Virus record (IMG/VR): IMGVR_UViG_3300046720_000004
Span: 1-53,699 of that record
Origin: a virus
Taxonomy: Duplodnaviria; Caudoviricetes
Direction: 5' to 3' (one strand)
Length of the DNA stretch: 53,699 nt
The position numbers and the translations under genes were made by a program. A model generated the notes under the pieces. The model was not told where the DNA came from, did no database searches, and was given only the letters and a program-made list of their open reading frames with translations. Below are positions 8,987 to 18,156 of this stretch, piece by piece; within the stretch, counting starts at the first letter, position 1, and the number at the start of each line of letters is the position of its first letter.

Positions 8987-9607
8987 CTAGGAGCACATCG
9001 CCGTGCCGGCGACCGGGGACGGGAAGCTGACGACGGCCAGGAGCGCCGAGTTGTGGACGATGTCCGCGTACACGACCCGCCCGCCGGTGTCGATCAGGGA
9101 CAGGTTGGGTGTGCGGCCCAAGGCGTGGGTGATCTGCCATGTGGCGGCGGGAGTGGTTTGGGTGTGGAGGTAGGTGCCGCCTGCTGCGCCTGGCGGCCCG
9201 GCGGGGCCTTGGGGTCCGGCCGGTCCGGCGGGGCCGGTGATGACGATGTAGTCGCCGTCGGCCGGGGTCACGGGCGTGATGGCGGGGAGGGACACCTCGG
9301 GCGCGGCCTTGGGCAGGGCGATGTCGAAGGCGTCGCCAACGACAGCGTCGTAGAAGCTGAGCCGGACTTCGTAGGTGAAGTCGGTCGGGTTGATTCCCGT
9401 GCTGTCGGTGGCGACGACGGTGAGGGTGAAGTTGCCGTCGTCGTCGAAGGGTTCGCGGGCGGGGCCTTGGACGGCGAGCCCGGTATCGGCGTCCACGACC
9501 GTGGTGGGGCGCGGGATGAGGGTGACCGCGCCGCGCATGCCGGTGCCGTCGGGGTGCGTGTACTGGCCGGTGACGGTGACGGTGTCGACGCTGACGGGGA
9601 GGGGCAC
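8987..9607 (-). CDS. Collagen-repeat virion appendage protein
   Basis: GGGAGG RBS; GPAGPAGPQGPAGPPGAAG collagen run; C-terminal WQITHALG domain. Confidence 0.75.
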   Translation of the reverse strand: MPLPVSVDTVTVTGQYTHPDGTGMRGAVTLIPRPTTVVDADTGLAVQGPAREPFDDDGNFTLTVVATDSTGINPTDFTYEVRLSFYDAVVGDAFDIALPKAAPEVSLPAITPVTPADGDYIVITGPAGPAGPQGPAGPPGAAGGTYLHTQTTPAATWQITHALGRTPNLSLIDTGGRVVYADIVHNSALLAVVSFPSPVAGTAMCS

Positions 9608-9888
9608 GGGGCACCTCCCGGCGTGTCTGTGGCGGTTGGTGCCCGCTGCCCGGTTCGGCTTCGCCCCCGGGCCGGGCAGCGGGAGAGGGGTGGGAAGCCC
9701 TGGGGCGTGGGGGCGGCCGGGGCTTCCCGTCGCCTGCGCTCCGACGCTGCAGGCGAGCCGGTGTGGGCCTGCCGCCTTGCGCACTCCCACTTGGCGGGGC
9801 GGCAGGCCCGGCCGCCCTTCGTCCCGCACCCCGCAGGGCGGGCGGGCGCGGCCCCTGCCGGTGACGAGCCGGCGGGGCAGTCCGGGGG

Positions 9889-10176
9889 TCAGGCGGCCGA
9901 TCGGCGGACGTGACGCCCGCGAGCATTGGCCGCCGGGTCTGCGGGGCTGTTCTTGCGGCCCGCTTCGGCAGCGGCTCGAATCGTGGGGAGATGAAAGAGG
10001 TCGCCTGCTTCGCCCCGCAGCACGGGCTCGATCTTGCCCCGGGTCATCCAGACGCGGATCGTTCCGGGCTTCACGCCTGCTGTGCGGGCGGCTTCCCATA
10101 GGTCGCCGATCTCGTCGCCGCGCTCGATCTGGGCGGCGTAGACGTCGAATCCGTCGGGATTGGGGAAGGATGCCAC
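9889..10176 (-). CDS. HTH DNA-binding protein (putative late regulator)
   Basis: EAARTAGVKPGTIRVWMTRGKI MerR/Xis-type HTH; GGGGAGG RBS. Confidence 0.7.
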   Translation of the reverse strand: MASFPNPDGFDVYAAQIERGDEIGDLWEAARTAGVKPGTIRVWMTRGKIEPVLRGEAGDLFHLPTIRAAAEAGRKNSPADPAANARGRHVRRSAA

Positions 10177-10312
10177 GAGCACCTCCCCGGGTACGCGAAG
10201 ACCCCACCGGGATAGTCACGGTGGGGGTCACGGGGGGTCTTGGGACGCGTGTAGCACTCTTGATTTTGGAGATTACAGTCCGTTAGCTCTTGACACAAGC
10301 GGGGCGCGCTGG

Positions 10313-11023
10313 TCAGGCCGCGACTCCCTCTCTGTATGCGGCCACAGCCTCCTGTGCGTGCCTCAGTTCGCGCCATGCGGCTATGTCGTCCCACCGCGTG
10401 CCGCAGCTGGGGCAGCGCACCTTGTGGTTGGTGGTGGAGGCGGTGAGCTGTGCCCCGCACGGCCCGGAGTCGGAGACGACCGGGCAGAGCCCGATCCGGA
10501 CCCGGCCTGGGCGTGGGTCTGGTGACAGGGCGGCGGTGCATTCGGCGTGGATGCGCCGGATCTCTTCCATGTCCTGCCCGACTTCCTCGTAGCGTTCGCA
10601 TGCCCACTGGAGGTTGATCCGCAGGAAGTCGACGTGCTTCGGCACGGCCTGCGCGGGCGCTCCGGCCCATGTCGCCACGGTGCGGCCGAGGATCTTCCGC
10701 CATGCGTCCTCGATGTCCCGCAGTCGGGTGGCGACACCGCCGACGGCGGCGAGGGAGAGGACTTCGGCGTTGGCGGGGATTGGGGGGACGCGGGATCCGG
10801 TGGGCATTCCGGTGCCGCGCCTGGGGCCTCGGATGAGTGCGGCGGTGGTGTTGATCTGGGCGAAGAGGGCGGGGAGTTCGGCGAGGCGTTCGCCGGTTCG
10901 ATCTTCGCAGGGGCGGCAGGCCCGGCGCCCGGTTTCGTCTTCCCATAGGCCGCTTTGGCAGGCGACGCAGCGGGGCCACTCGTATGTTCCGTCGGATGTT
11001 TCGATGAGGATGGGGTGGTTCAC
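10313..11023 (-). CDS. Zinc-ribbon protein, putative late-transcription factor
   Basis: CVAC, CRPC, GLCP...CGAQL...RCPSCGTRW; located just before the late genes. Confidence 0.6.
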   Translation of the reverse strand: MNHPILIETSDGTYEWPRCVACQSGLWEDETGRRACRPCEDRTGERLAELPALFAQINTTAALIRGPRRGTGMPTGSRVPPIPANAEVLSLAAVGGVATRLRDIEDAWRKILGRTVATWAGAPAQAVPKHVDFLRINLQWACERYEEVGQDMEEIRRIHAECTAALSPDPRPGRVRIGLCPVVSDSGPCGAQLTASTTNHKVRCPSCGTRWDDIAAWRELRHAQEAVAAYREGVAA

Positions 11024-11217
11024 GGCGGGCTCCTCGGTAGTGCGGCGGTGCGGCGGTGCGGGTGCTGTGCCCATTGTGTACCTGCGCCGCGGAAAGCTAG
11101 GCGAATCGGCCGTATAGCGCGGCATTCGAAGGGCGTGGCGGCCAAGGGTCGCACGCGGTGGCGGGACTGCGCGGGTTCCTGTGCCACAGCCGGGCGCATC
11201 CGGTCACACTGGACGCC

Positions 11218-11415
11218 ATGGCGACGACGTTCACGGTGCTGGGCGACTCCGAGGCGGAGGTTCGCGCGGAGTTGGCTCTGCTGCTGCGCAGTGTGGCGGG
11301 CCTGTCGCCGTTGGGCCGGCCGGTGCGGCTGATGGGGCGTGGGAGTGAGCCCAGGTGGATGGCGCGGGCGCAGCGGCGGGCCGAGCGGCCTGTGCGGGAG
11401 CCGGGCCGGGTGTAG
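11218..11415 (+). CDS. Small hypothetical protein
   Basis: MATTFTVLGDSEAEV...; convergent with the 11426 gene. Confidence 0.5.
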   Translation: MATTFTVLGDSEAEVRAELALLLRSVAGLSPLGRPVRLMGRGSEPRWMARAQRRAERPVREPGRV

Positions 11416-11425
11416 GGGGATCCGC

Positions 11426-11839
11426 TCAAGCGTCCGGCGCCCACTCGGGCCGGTAGTCGGCGTGGCCGGAGAACGGCAGCGCGTGCAGGCGGAGCGTCTG
11501 ACAGGGGTAGCGGTCGCAGCACTGGGCGCACTCGAAGCCGATCACCCCGGGCTCGTCCCAGCCGTGGGCACGCCGCCGGAAGTGCAGCTTGGCTACCTGG
11601 CGCTTGGCGACCACCTCGGCGAGAACCCGGGCCGGATCATGCCGGGCGATGTGGGGGGTGATCCGGCGACTGATGGTGTGGCCCATCCCGGGCGTCTCGG
11701 GCATCGGGTCCCAGAGCAGGAGGGTTTCGCCATCGGGGTCGACACGCCACGTCTCCGAGGCGTACTCGCTCGCGGCCCGCGCAGTCTGCTCGTCTTCGTC
11801 GAGGCGGGCGCGGAGGAACGCCGCCAGGTCCAGGCTCAC
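11426..11839 (-). CDS. DUF6221-like protein
   Basis: LAAFLRARLDEDE...HIARHDPARVLAEV.AKR...YPC.TLR..A.P...H.DYRPEW. Confidence 0.8.
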   Translation of the reverse strand: MSLDLAAFLRARLDEDEQTARAASEYASETWRVDPDGETLLLWDPMPETPGMGHTISRRITPHIARHDPARVLAEVVAKRQVAKLHFRRRAHGWDEPGVIGFECAQCCDRYPCQTLRLHALPFSGHADYRPEWAPDA

Positions 11840-12018
11840 TCGAATCCGTCCCGGTACAGGTTGTCGAACTCGCGGCCGAGGTCGGCGAGTTCGGGGTGCT
11901 CTTCGATGGCGGCTTTGTCGAGTCGCGCCCTGGCGTTGCGGGTGGCAGCGCCGAGCCGGCGGAAGGCGGCGGCGGCGGCCGCGTCCATCTCGGCGGGGAG
12001 GTCGCGGGGCTCGCTCAT
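11836..12018 (-). CDS. Small hypothetical protein
   Basis: Coupled overlaps at both ends. Confidence 0.55.
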   Translation of the reverse strand: MSEPRDLPAEMDAAAAAAFRRLGAATRNARARLDKAAIEEHPELADLGREFDNLYRDGFE

Positions 12019-12653
12019 GCCGTCATCATCCTCTCTCCGTCTATCTCCTGCAGCAGCCCGCTCATGCGGTTGATGGTGCGTGTCGCCCCGGCTGCCCGGA
12101 GTTGCGCGGCCGCCCCGGGCCGGGCGTTGTAGCCGACGAAGCGGACGCCGGCGCGGCGTGCGGCGTGGGCGTCGGCCGGTGAGTCGCCGACCAGGAGCGT
12201 GTGGGCGGGTTCGGTGCCGAGTCCGACGATGGCGCGGAGCACGATGTGCGGGTGATCTTTCATGAGCCGCAGGTCGGTGCGCCCGTAGACGTGCCGACCG
12301 AACGCGGTGACGCCGTGCAGGTCCAAGACCCTGCGGATGGCCCCGGCGTGGTTGTTGGCGACCACCGCGAGCAGGGCGCCGCGGGCCACCAAGCTGTCGA
12401 GCAGGCCCCGGACACCCGGGGTGAGCGTGGCCGTCTCGGCCGCCACCAGTTCCCCTTTGGTGACCAGGGCCTCGACGTCGGCCCGGGGGACAGCGCGCAT
12501 GATCCGGTGCGGATCCTGGCAGTGCGCGAGACCCGCGGGCAGGTCGTCGCCGAGCGCGGCCCGCAGATCAGCGGCGAGCCCGGCGGCGGGATACCCGGCG
12601 AACAGGTCGCAGAGCGGCCCGTCAGCGTCGAACAACACCGTGGCGAGGGTCAC
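12015..12653 (-). CDS. HAD-family hydrolase
   Basis: VLFDADGPLCDLF (motif I), MKDHP, VGDSPAD (motif IV). Confidence 0.85.
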   Translation of the reverse strand: MTLATVLFDADGPLCDLFAGYPAAGLAADLRAALGDDLPAGLAHCQDPHRIMRAVPRADVEALVTKGELVAAETATLTPGVRGLLDSLVARGALLAVVANNHAGAIRRVLDLHGVTAFGRHVYGRTDLRLMKDHPHIVLRAIVGLGTEPAHTLLVGDSPADAHAARRAGVRFVGYNARPGAAAQLRAAGATRTINRMSGLLQEIDGERMMTA

Positions 12654-13093
12654 TTGCTGCGCGCCGCCTTCGCGGGCGTGGCTTTGTCGCTCTGCCCGGT
12701 GAGTGCGCGGACCTTCGCGGCGGCCCACCCGGCGGCGACGATGACGCCGATGAGGGTGACCCCGATGGTGGTGGCGTTGGCGCCGACGGCGCCGATGATG
12801 CCCATGATGGTGCCCCCGGCGATGATGACGACGGCGCAGATCGCCCCGACGCACACAGCGACGACGGCGAGGATCAGCACCACGATGACGATGAGCTGCC
12901 GGAGCCACGGCGGGTAGGACTCCTCGCGCGGCATCTGTACGACGATCTGCTGCTGAGCCGGGAACTGGCTCACGTGGTAGGGCACGCCGCCGTGGTACTC
13001 GATTGCGGGCGGGCGGTGGTGCGCGGGCTGCACCACGGCGGCCGGGGTGATGGGGGTCGGGTCGGGGCGGGGCATGGGCGTGCGGTCGGGCAT
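12650..13093 (-). CDS. Membrane protein (Spd-like)
   Basis: Pro-rich N-terminus and 2-3 TM segments; downstream of traB. Confidence 0.6.
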   Translation of the reverse strand: MPDRTPMPRPDPTPITPAAVVQPAHHRPPAIEYHGGVPYHVSQFPAQQQIVVQMPREESYPPWLRQLIVIVVLILAVVAVCVGAICAVVIIAGGTIMGIIGAVGANATTIGVTLIGVIVAAGWAAAKVRALTGQSDKATPAKAARSK

Positions 13094-13176
13094 GGCGTGT
13101 CCTGACTGGGATGGTGGTGTCCGGACTGATCCGGCTCCCCGCCCCACCGGTACGGGACCGGCAGGACAGGCAGCCG

Positions 13177-13494
13177 TCAGCGGGTGTTCTTGCTCTGGCG
13201 GGCGGCGGCCTGGAGCCGGTCGAGGAGGTGCATGGCGGTGAGGACGGCGGCCATCGCTGCGGCGAGCCGCACGAAGCCGAACGCGGTGACCATCGCGACC
13301 AGCGCCAGCGCAGGCCAGAACATCCGGACACGCGTGCCACGGCACTGTCCTGCGGCGGGCTCAACGACCGCGGTCTTGCTGCAAGGGGGTTCGCTCACGG
13401 TGTTGGCCCTTCCGGGGGTTGGGCATCGGGGGCAGGTGATCCGCCGGTAGCCGCCGAACCAGGTGGCGACGCCGGTCGGCTTGGGAAACTTCAC
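13177..13494 (-). CDS. Zn-finger-like membrane-associated hypothetical protein
   Basis: AAAGGAG RBS; CPRC, hydrophobic C-terminal half. Confidence 0.55.
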   Translation of the reverse strand: MKFPKPTGVATWFGGYRRITCPRCPTPGRANTVSEPPCSKTAVVEPAAGQCRGTRVRMFWPALALVAMVTAFGFVRLAAAMAAVLTAMHLLDRLQAAARQSKNTR

Positions 13495-13511
13495 GGCGGT
13501 CTCCTTTCGGG

Positions 13512-13649
13512 TCAGATGCCGAGGACTGCGCGCATGGTGCGCGCGGCTTCGGGGCGTGGGCGGGTGGCGGGCTTACGGATCGGCATGCGCGGGTCGGTGC
13601 GCTCGCGCGGCGGGGCGGCGTCAGACCTCGGACTGCTGGATACGCTCAT
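13512..13649 (-). CDS. 45-aa peptide (paralog of 17842-17994)
   Basis: AAGGAGGG RBS; ends ...PEAARTMRAVLGI. Confidence 0.55.
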   Translation of the reverse strand: MSVSSSPRSDAAPPRERTDPRMPIRKPATRPRPEAARTMRAVLGI

Positions 13650-13734
13650 CGGTGATCCCTCCTTCGGGGTGGTGATCGGGTGGGGCCCGCCCGTGGCTTG
13701 CAGGCGTAGGGGCGGGCCCCGGCTTATGGGGTGG

Positions 13735-13991
13735 TCAGCGGGTGGTGCAGGTGGGGTACGACGAGCCCGGTAGCAGTCCCGGTAGTCGGCGCCGCCGACC
13801 CGGAATCTGACGGTGCGGCCGTCCGGAGTGCGGACCGTCAGGGACCGCCGGAAGGTCTTGGTAGCGGGCTGCCAAGCCTGGCGCTTGTCGGTGACTCGGC
13901 CGGCGGGGCCAGGCGCGTAGGGGGTGCAGGCGCCGACCGCCAGCAGGGCACTAGCAGCGAGCACGGCGGCGGCGACGGGGCGAATGAGCAT
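13735..13991 (-). pseudogene. Small lipoprotein with an apparent 1-nt frameshift
   Basis: Lipobox LAVGAC; adding one G in the run at 13766-13768 gives ...DYRDCYRGSSYPTCTTR-stop. Confidence 0.55.
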
Positions 13992-14012
13992 GAGTGCTGT
14001 CCTGTCGGGTGG

Positions 14013-14339
14013 CTAGTTGTAGAGGCGGGCGGCGCGTTCGGTGCGGCGGGCATGGTCCTCGGCCTGCTTGCGGCCCTGGCGGGCGGCGGCCCGGTCCTTG
14101 CGTGCAGCAGCGCGTTCGGTGGCCTTCGCGCGGGCGAGTTCGTTCCTCGCCTGCTCGGCCAGGCGGTCCGCGGCATCCGCGTCGCGGGCCCAGCGGTCCG
14201 CGGCCCGGTCCTGGATCCGCTCCAGGCGCGCATCCAAACGCGGGTCCACGGCGTCGGCCGTGGCCTGCTTCATGCCGCGCGCGAGCAGCGCGACGCGCTG
14301 CCGACGCTCCTTCGGGGTGTAGGTACGGGGCACGTCCAT
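14013..14339 (-). CDS. Helical plasmid/AICE-type hypothetical protein
   Basis: YTPKERRQRVALLARGMKQ...DPRLDARLERI; immediately after traB. Confidence 0.6.
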   Translation of the reverse strand: MDVPRTYTPKERRQRVALLARGMKQATADAVDPRLDARLERIQDRAADRWARDADAADRLAEQARNELARAKATERAAARKDRAAARQGRKQAEDHARRTERAARLYN

Positions 14340-14400
14340 GACGGTCTCCAAACGGGGCTGTAGACGGGGTTTTCAGGGGTCTGGACTGGCTCGCGGGGCG

Positions 14401-14502
14401 CCTCCCTGCCTCCCTGGCAGGGGCGTTTCCGCTGGTCAGTAGCCGTATAGGGGTTCAGGGAAGTGGTTAGGGAGAACTCCCTGCCTCCCTGACGCCTCCC
14501 TG
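14401..14502 (+). repeat. clt-like locus: five 8-bp direct repeats (C/A)CTCCCTG
   Basis: Copies at 14401, 14409, 14476, 14484 and 14495, overlapping and following the traB stop. Confidence 0.7.
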
Positions 14503-16632
14503 CTCGTCTGAGTCGCGAATATCGAGGGCGCGCAGCACCCGATCGCGGCTGACGACCATCTGCCCGTCGGACTTGTAGGGCTCGGCGCCGACGTCCGCGA
14601 GAAGCGACTTCAGGTTGGAGAACGTCCACTCGCGGTACACGGCCGGGTTGCGCTCGGCGAGCTGCTGCAGGACCTCCTGGGTGCGGATGCGGGGCGCGCT
14701 GCCGAGGACAGCGGCGACGTCGGCGAGGTGGTCGACCGGTTCGACGGCCTCCAGCTTGTGGAGTGTGGCGACGCGGTTCCGCAGCGCCTTGGCCCGGTCG
14801 GCCGGCTCGTGGGCTTCATCGGTGCCGATAAAGTGCGTGCGGATCGTGATCGACGCCTGGCCGGGGGGCAGATCGACGCCGTCGCCTGCGACAACAAGCG
14901 TTCCCTTGTCGAGGCCCTGCCGCAGCTTGTGCGGGGCTGCGCCGCCGTCAACAGCCTTGGCGCCGAGCGCCATCTCGGCCTGCGACTCGCTGCCGAGCAC
15001 CAGCGCGCCACGGATGTGGGCGCCTTCGCGCACCATCTTGGGCAGGTTCTGGTCGGTGGGGTCCTGCGTGCCCTGCCACAGCAGGACATCGACGGCCCGG
15101 CCCTGGTTGTGGATCTTCCGGGCGGCCATGAAGTACCTGCTCGTGGACTTGCTCCCGCCGTAAGGCGCGCCGTCCTTGACCTTGCCGTCGTCGGTGACGT
15201 ACTCCGTTTTTGCCGGGCACATGAACGCGACCTGCGCCTCGTCCACGAGCAGGATCAGCGGGTTCCACTTGGTGCCCGCCGGGGCCATCAGGCGGCGCTC
15301 CATCTCCGCCACGCCTCGTTCGAGCATCTCCGTGACCTCGATGACGTGCTCATCGGTCGGGCCTTCGATCAGGACTCTGGCCAGGCCGAAGAACATGTGC
15401 CAGTCGCCGTGGCCCTTGAGGTCGCCCACCCAGAACTCGACACTGAGGTCGAAGGCCAGCCACAGGGCGAGCGCACGCAACGCCGCCGTTTTGCCCTGAT
15501 TTGACAAGCCGGTGATCAGCAGATGCCGCTGATACAGGCTGATCGTGGCGAGGTCGCCTCGCAGGTCCTGGCCCCACGGGGCCCGGCCCTTGGCGTAGTC
15601 GGCGGTCATGTCGGGGTCGAGCACCAGCGGGGACGGGCCGATCGGCTCGTCTAGCGCGCCGGAGTCGGCAATCCACAAGCGGACCGTGCGCGCGGCCGGG
15701 GCGACGGTGGGGAAAACCTCGTGCTCGTGCCGGCCCAGGTTCTCCGCCAGCTTCCGCCGCCGGTTCATCACCTCCTCGGTGGATGACCCGGACGGCAGGG
15801 TTACATCGACCTCGACACCGCATCCGGCAATCTTGATGGGGCCGAGCATGGACGCCCCGGCGTCACCCATCTCCAGGATCGCCTTCTTCAGAGCGGAAAT
15901 CCCCAGGTCACGCAGGGCGGTGACCACGATCGACGGGGTGATGGGGTCTCCGCTACCACTGCGCTGATGGACGGGCAGCGCCCACTGGGGGGCGGCCTGC
16001 TGGTGACGTCCGACGGCCCACAGAGCGAGGAGCGCGGCCCACGGGCCGACTGCCATCAGCGGGCCCCACACCACGGCGACGATGACGCACGCCGTGCGAA
16101 TGAAGTCGATAACAGCAGCGGTGGGCGCCAGGATCCATGAGGGGTCCTCGTTGGCGATGGCCAGCGCGATGCCCAGGGCGAGGAGCCCGCCGGCGCCGAG
16201 CCCGGCACTGACCGCAACGCCCTTCGCGACCTGCAGTGGAGCCTTGATCAGGTCCATGCGCCGGGAGTGGCGGGCCGCACGAAACCGCTGCCCGAGCTCC
16301 TCCCACTCCCTGACCTGCTCAAGCTGGCCTGCGGCCTCGGCGGCGCGCATCATCCGCTCGTAGCGGGCCGGGGTCCGCGAGTCCCACGCGCGGCGGGTGA
16401 CGATACGGGTGCCGCCGGCCACGTACATGCTGTGGCGGACCATCAGGCGGCCGGTGACGCGGGTCCGGTCGTGGGTCAGCACGGCGCGGATGCCCCGGAT
16501 GTGGCGACGCCTGCGTGCGGCCTGCTTGGCGGCCGGTGCGGGCTGCTTGTTGGTCGGGAGGTCGAACACCTCACGGCCGGAACCCTCGCGGACCTTGACC
16601 AGTTTCAGCGTCTGCTCAGCGGTGGCGGTCAT
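14467..16632 (-). CDS. traB: FtsK/SpoIIIE-family conjugative DNA translocase (TraB-like)
   Basis: N-terminal TM segments, Walker A HLLITGLSNQGKT, DLKG, Walker B LLVDEAQ, GRAVDV...GTQDP, C-terminal wHTH-like region. Confidence 0.9.
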   Translation of the reverse strand: MTATAEQTLKLVKVREGSGREVFDLPTNKQPAPAAKQAARRRRHIRGIRAVLTHDRTRVTGRLMVRHSMYVAGGTRIVTRRAWDSRTPARYERMMRAAEAAGQLEQVREWEELGQRFRAARHSRRMDLIKAPLQVAKGVAVSAGLGAGGLLALGIALAIANEDPSWILAPTAAVIDFIRTACVIVAVVWGPLMAVGPWAALLALWAVGRHQQAAPQWALPVHQRSGSGDPITPSIVVTALRDLGISALKKAILEMGDAGASMLGPIKIAGCGVEVDVTLPSGSSTEEVMNRRRKLAENLGRHEHEVFPTVAPAARTVRLWIADSGALDEPIGPSPLVLDPDMTADYAKGRAPWGQDLRGDLATISLYQRHLLITGLSNQGKTAALRALALWLAFDLSVEFWVGDLKGHGDWHMFFGLARVLIEGPTDEHVIEVTEMLERGVAEMERRLMAPAGTKWNPLILLVDEAQVAFMCPAKTEYVTDDGKVKDGAPYGGSKSTSRYFMAARKIHNQGRAVDVLLWQGTQDPTDQNLPKMVREGAHIRGALVLGSESQAEMALGAKAVDGGAAPHKLRQGLDKGTLVVAGDGVDLPPGQASITIRTHFIGTDEAHEPADRAKALRNRVATLHKLEAVEPVDHLADVAAVLGSAPRIRTQEVLQQLAERNPAVYREWTFSNLKSLLADVGAEPYKSDGQMVVSRDRVLRALDIRDSDEQGGVREAGSSP

Positions 16633-16637
16633 AGCGC

Positions 16638-17759
16638 TCAGCTCCCGGTCTCAGCAGTCTTGGTGGCGGTCTCGCGCCGGTACTGAGCGCGGGCAACTGC
16701 AAGTCGTCGAGCAGCGGTCGCATCTGCCTTGCGAGTGATGCGCTTCGCGTCCTTCAGGGATGCCGCCTCGGCGTCGCACCCCTTGCGCATGAGCGCGACG
16801 AGCTGCTCGATCTCGCGGTCGATGCCGCCGAGCGCGGCGACCTTTCCGCTCTCACGCTTGCCGGTGCGGCGGCGCCGGGAGTTGCTCTCACGCGGCTTGC
16901 GGGTGGGAGTGCTCTCACTCTCACTGGAACTCTCAGGCGGGGTCTCGCTCCCACTCTCACCGGCGCTCTCACCGGCGCTCTCACGAGCGGCAGGCGGCGA
17001 GAGCGGCACGCGAGCGCTCTCACTCTCAGGCGGGGTCTCGCCCGTGCTCTCACGGGCGCTCTCGCCAACGGTGGCCTGCAGGTGCTCGGGCAGTTCGATG
17101 CCCAACACGTAGGCGCGGTAGATGGCCCAGGTTCCGGCGCGGTCGATGGCCCAGCGGAGGGGGTGCAACCGTGGGCGTTCGGTGCCGAGGCGGCGGGACG
17201 CTGCGGCGCGGGCCTCGGACATCAACCCCTCGAACAGGATCACGGCGGCGGGGGGCATGTAGGAGGCGATCCACCGGCCGGTGGGGTCGCTGATGTGCGC
17301 CCAGTTGATCCACGCCGACAGGGCGGTGAAGGTGACGATGAGGAGCCGCCAGGTGGTGGCGCCGCGGCCGTTGATGGAAGCGCGGAAGACCACCAGGGAC
17401 AGGCCCGCCGCTGCACCGTCGAACGTGATGGGCACGAGCCACGCGGTGTCCTGATCCAGGCCCATGTGGTCCATGCCGAACGCGTGGAGGCCGATGAACG
17501 AGGCGGTCCACCCGGCCAGGGCGACGATGAGGACGAGGACGAACCCGGTGATGCCGAGTCCGGTGTCGCGGGTCCAGTGCCCGGCGGCGCGGGCACGGTC
17601 GGCGAACGCCCGGGGTGCGGGCGCCGCTTGGTGGGTAGTCGGCGGTCCGGCTGGTGCCTCGGGTTCGCTGTGCGCGGGTTCGGCCCGGGGCGCGGGCATG
17701 GGCGTGGCGAGGAGGTTTCGCACGCTGGTCCACTGTCCGAGCAGCGGGTCGGCGGTCAC
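16638..17759 (-). CDS. DUF2637/Spd-like membrane protein with C-terminal DNA-binding helix
   Basis: Four TM segments (SF.GL..FG...AWLVP...DG...WINW.H), ES-rich linker, C-terminal HTH-like region. Confidence 0.75.
   Translation of the reverse strand: MTADPLLGQWTSVRNLLATPMPAPRAEPAHSEPEAPAGPPTTHQAAPAPRAFADRARAAGHWTRDTGLGITGFVLVLIVALAGWTASFIGLHAFGMDHMGLDQDTAWLVPITFDGAAAGLSLVVFRASINGRGATTWRLLIVTFTALSAWINWAHISDPTGRWIASYMPPAAVILFEGLMSEARAAASRRLGTERPRLHPLRWAIDRAGTWAIYRAYVLGIELPEHLQATVGESARESTGETPPESESARVPLSPPAARESAGESAGESGSETPPESSSESESTPTRKPRESNSRRRRTGKRESGKVAALGGIDREIEQLVALMRKGCDAEAASLKDAKRITRKADATAARRLAVARAQYRRETATKTAETGS
16848..17065 (+). repeat. ~11 intragenic copies of RCTCTCA
   Basis: Copies at 16848, 16884, 16911, 16917, 16929, 16953, 16965, 16977, 17016, 17022 and 17046. 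Confidence 0.75.
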
Positions 17760-17841
17760 GGCGGGGTCCTTCCGGGGGTTGTGTTGGCTGGCTGTTCCCC
17801 TTGGCGCACCGGCGGGGGGCCGGTGCGCGCGCGGGCAACGG

Positions 17842-17994
17842 TCAGATGCCGAGCAGGCGCTGCATGGTGCGCGCGGCTTCGGTGCGAGGCGGGGTCGGTG
17901 TGGGCTTCTTCGTGATGGCGCGGGGCCGGTTCTGACCCTCTTCGGGGCGGCGCTTCGGCAGCTCCGGCGGCTTGGGGTCGTCTGCGCGTACCAT
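17842..17994 (-). CDS. 50-aa peptide (paralog of 13512-13649)
   Basis: AAAGGA RBS; ends ...TEAARTMQRLLGI. Confidence 0.55.
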   Translation of the reverse strand: MVRADDPKPPELPKRRPEEGQNRPRAITKKPTPTPPRTEAARTMQRLLGI

Positions 17995-18156
17995 TTCGGG
18001 TGGTCCTTTCGGGGGCTGATGGGGCGTCCCTGGTGCTGTCCGGCGGTGGGGGCGCCCCGTTCTTGTGGGCCGGGGTTCCGGCTCGTGCCCGCGGTCTGCG
18101 TCTGAGGCGTGCCGCACGGGTTCTGCGGAACCGGGGCTTGGGCTGGGGTTGGGCGG

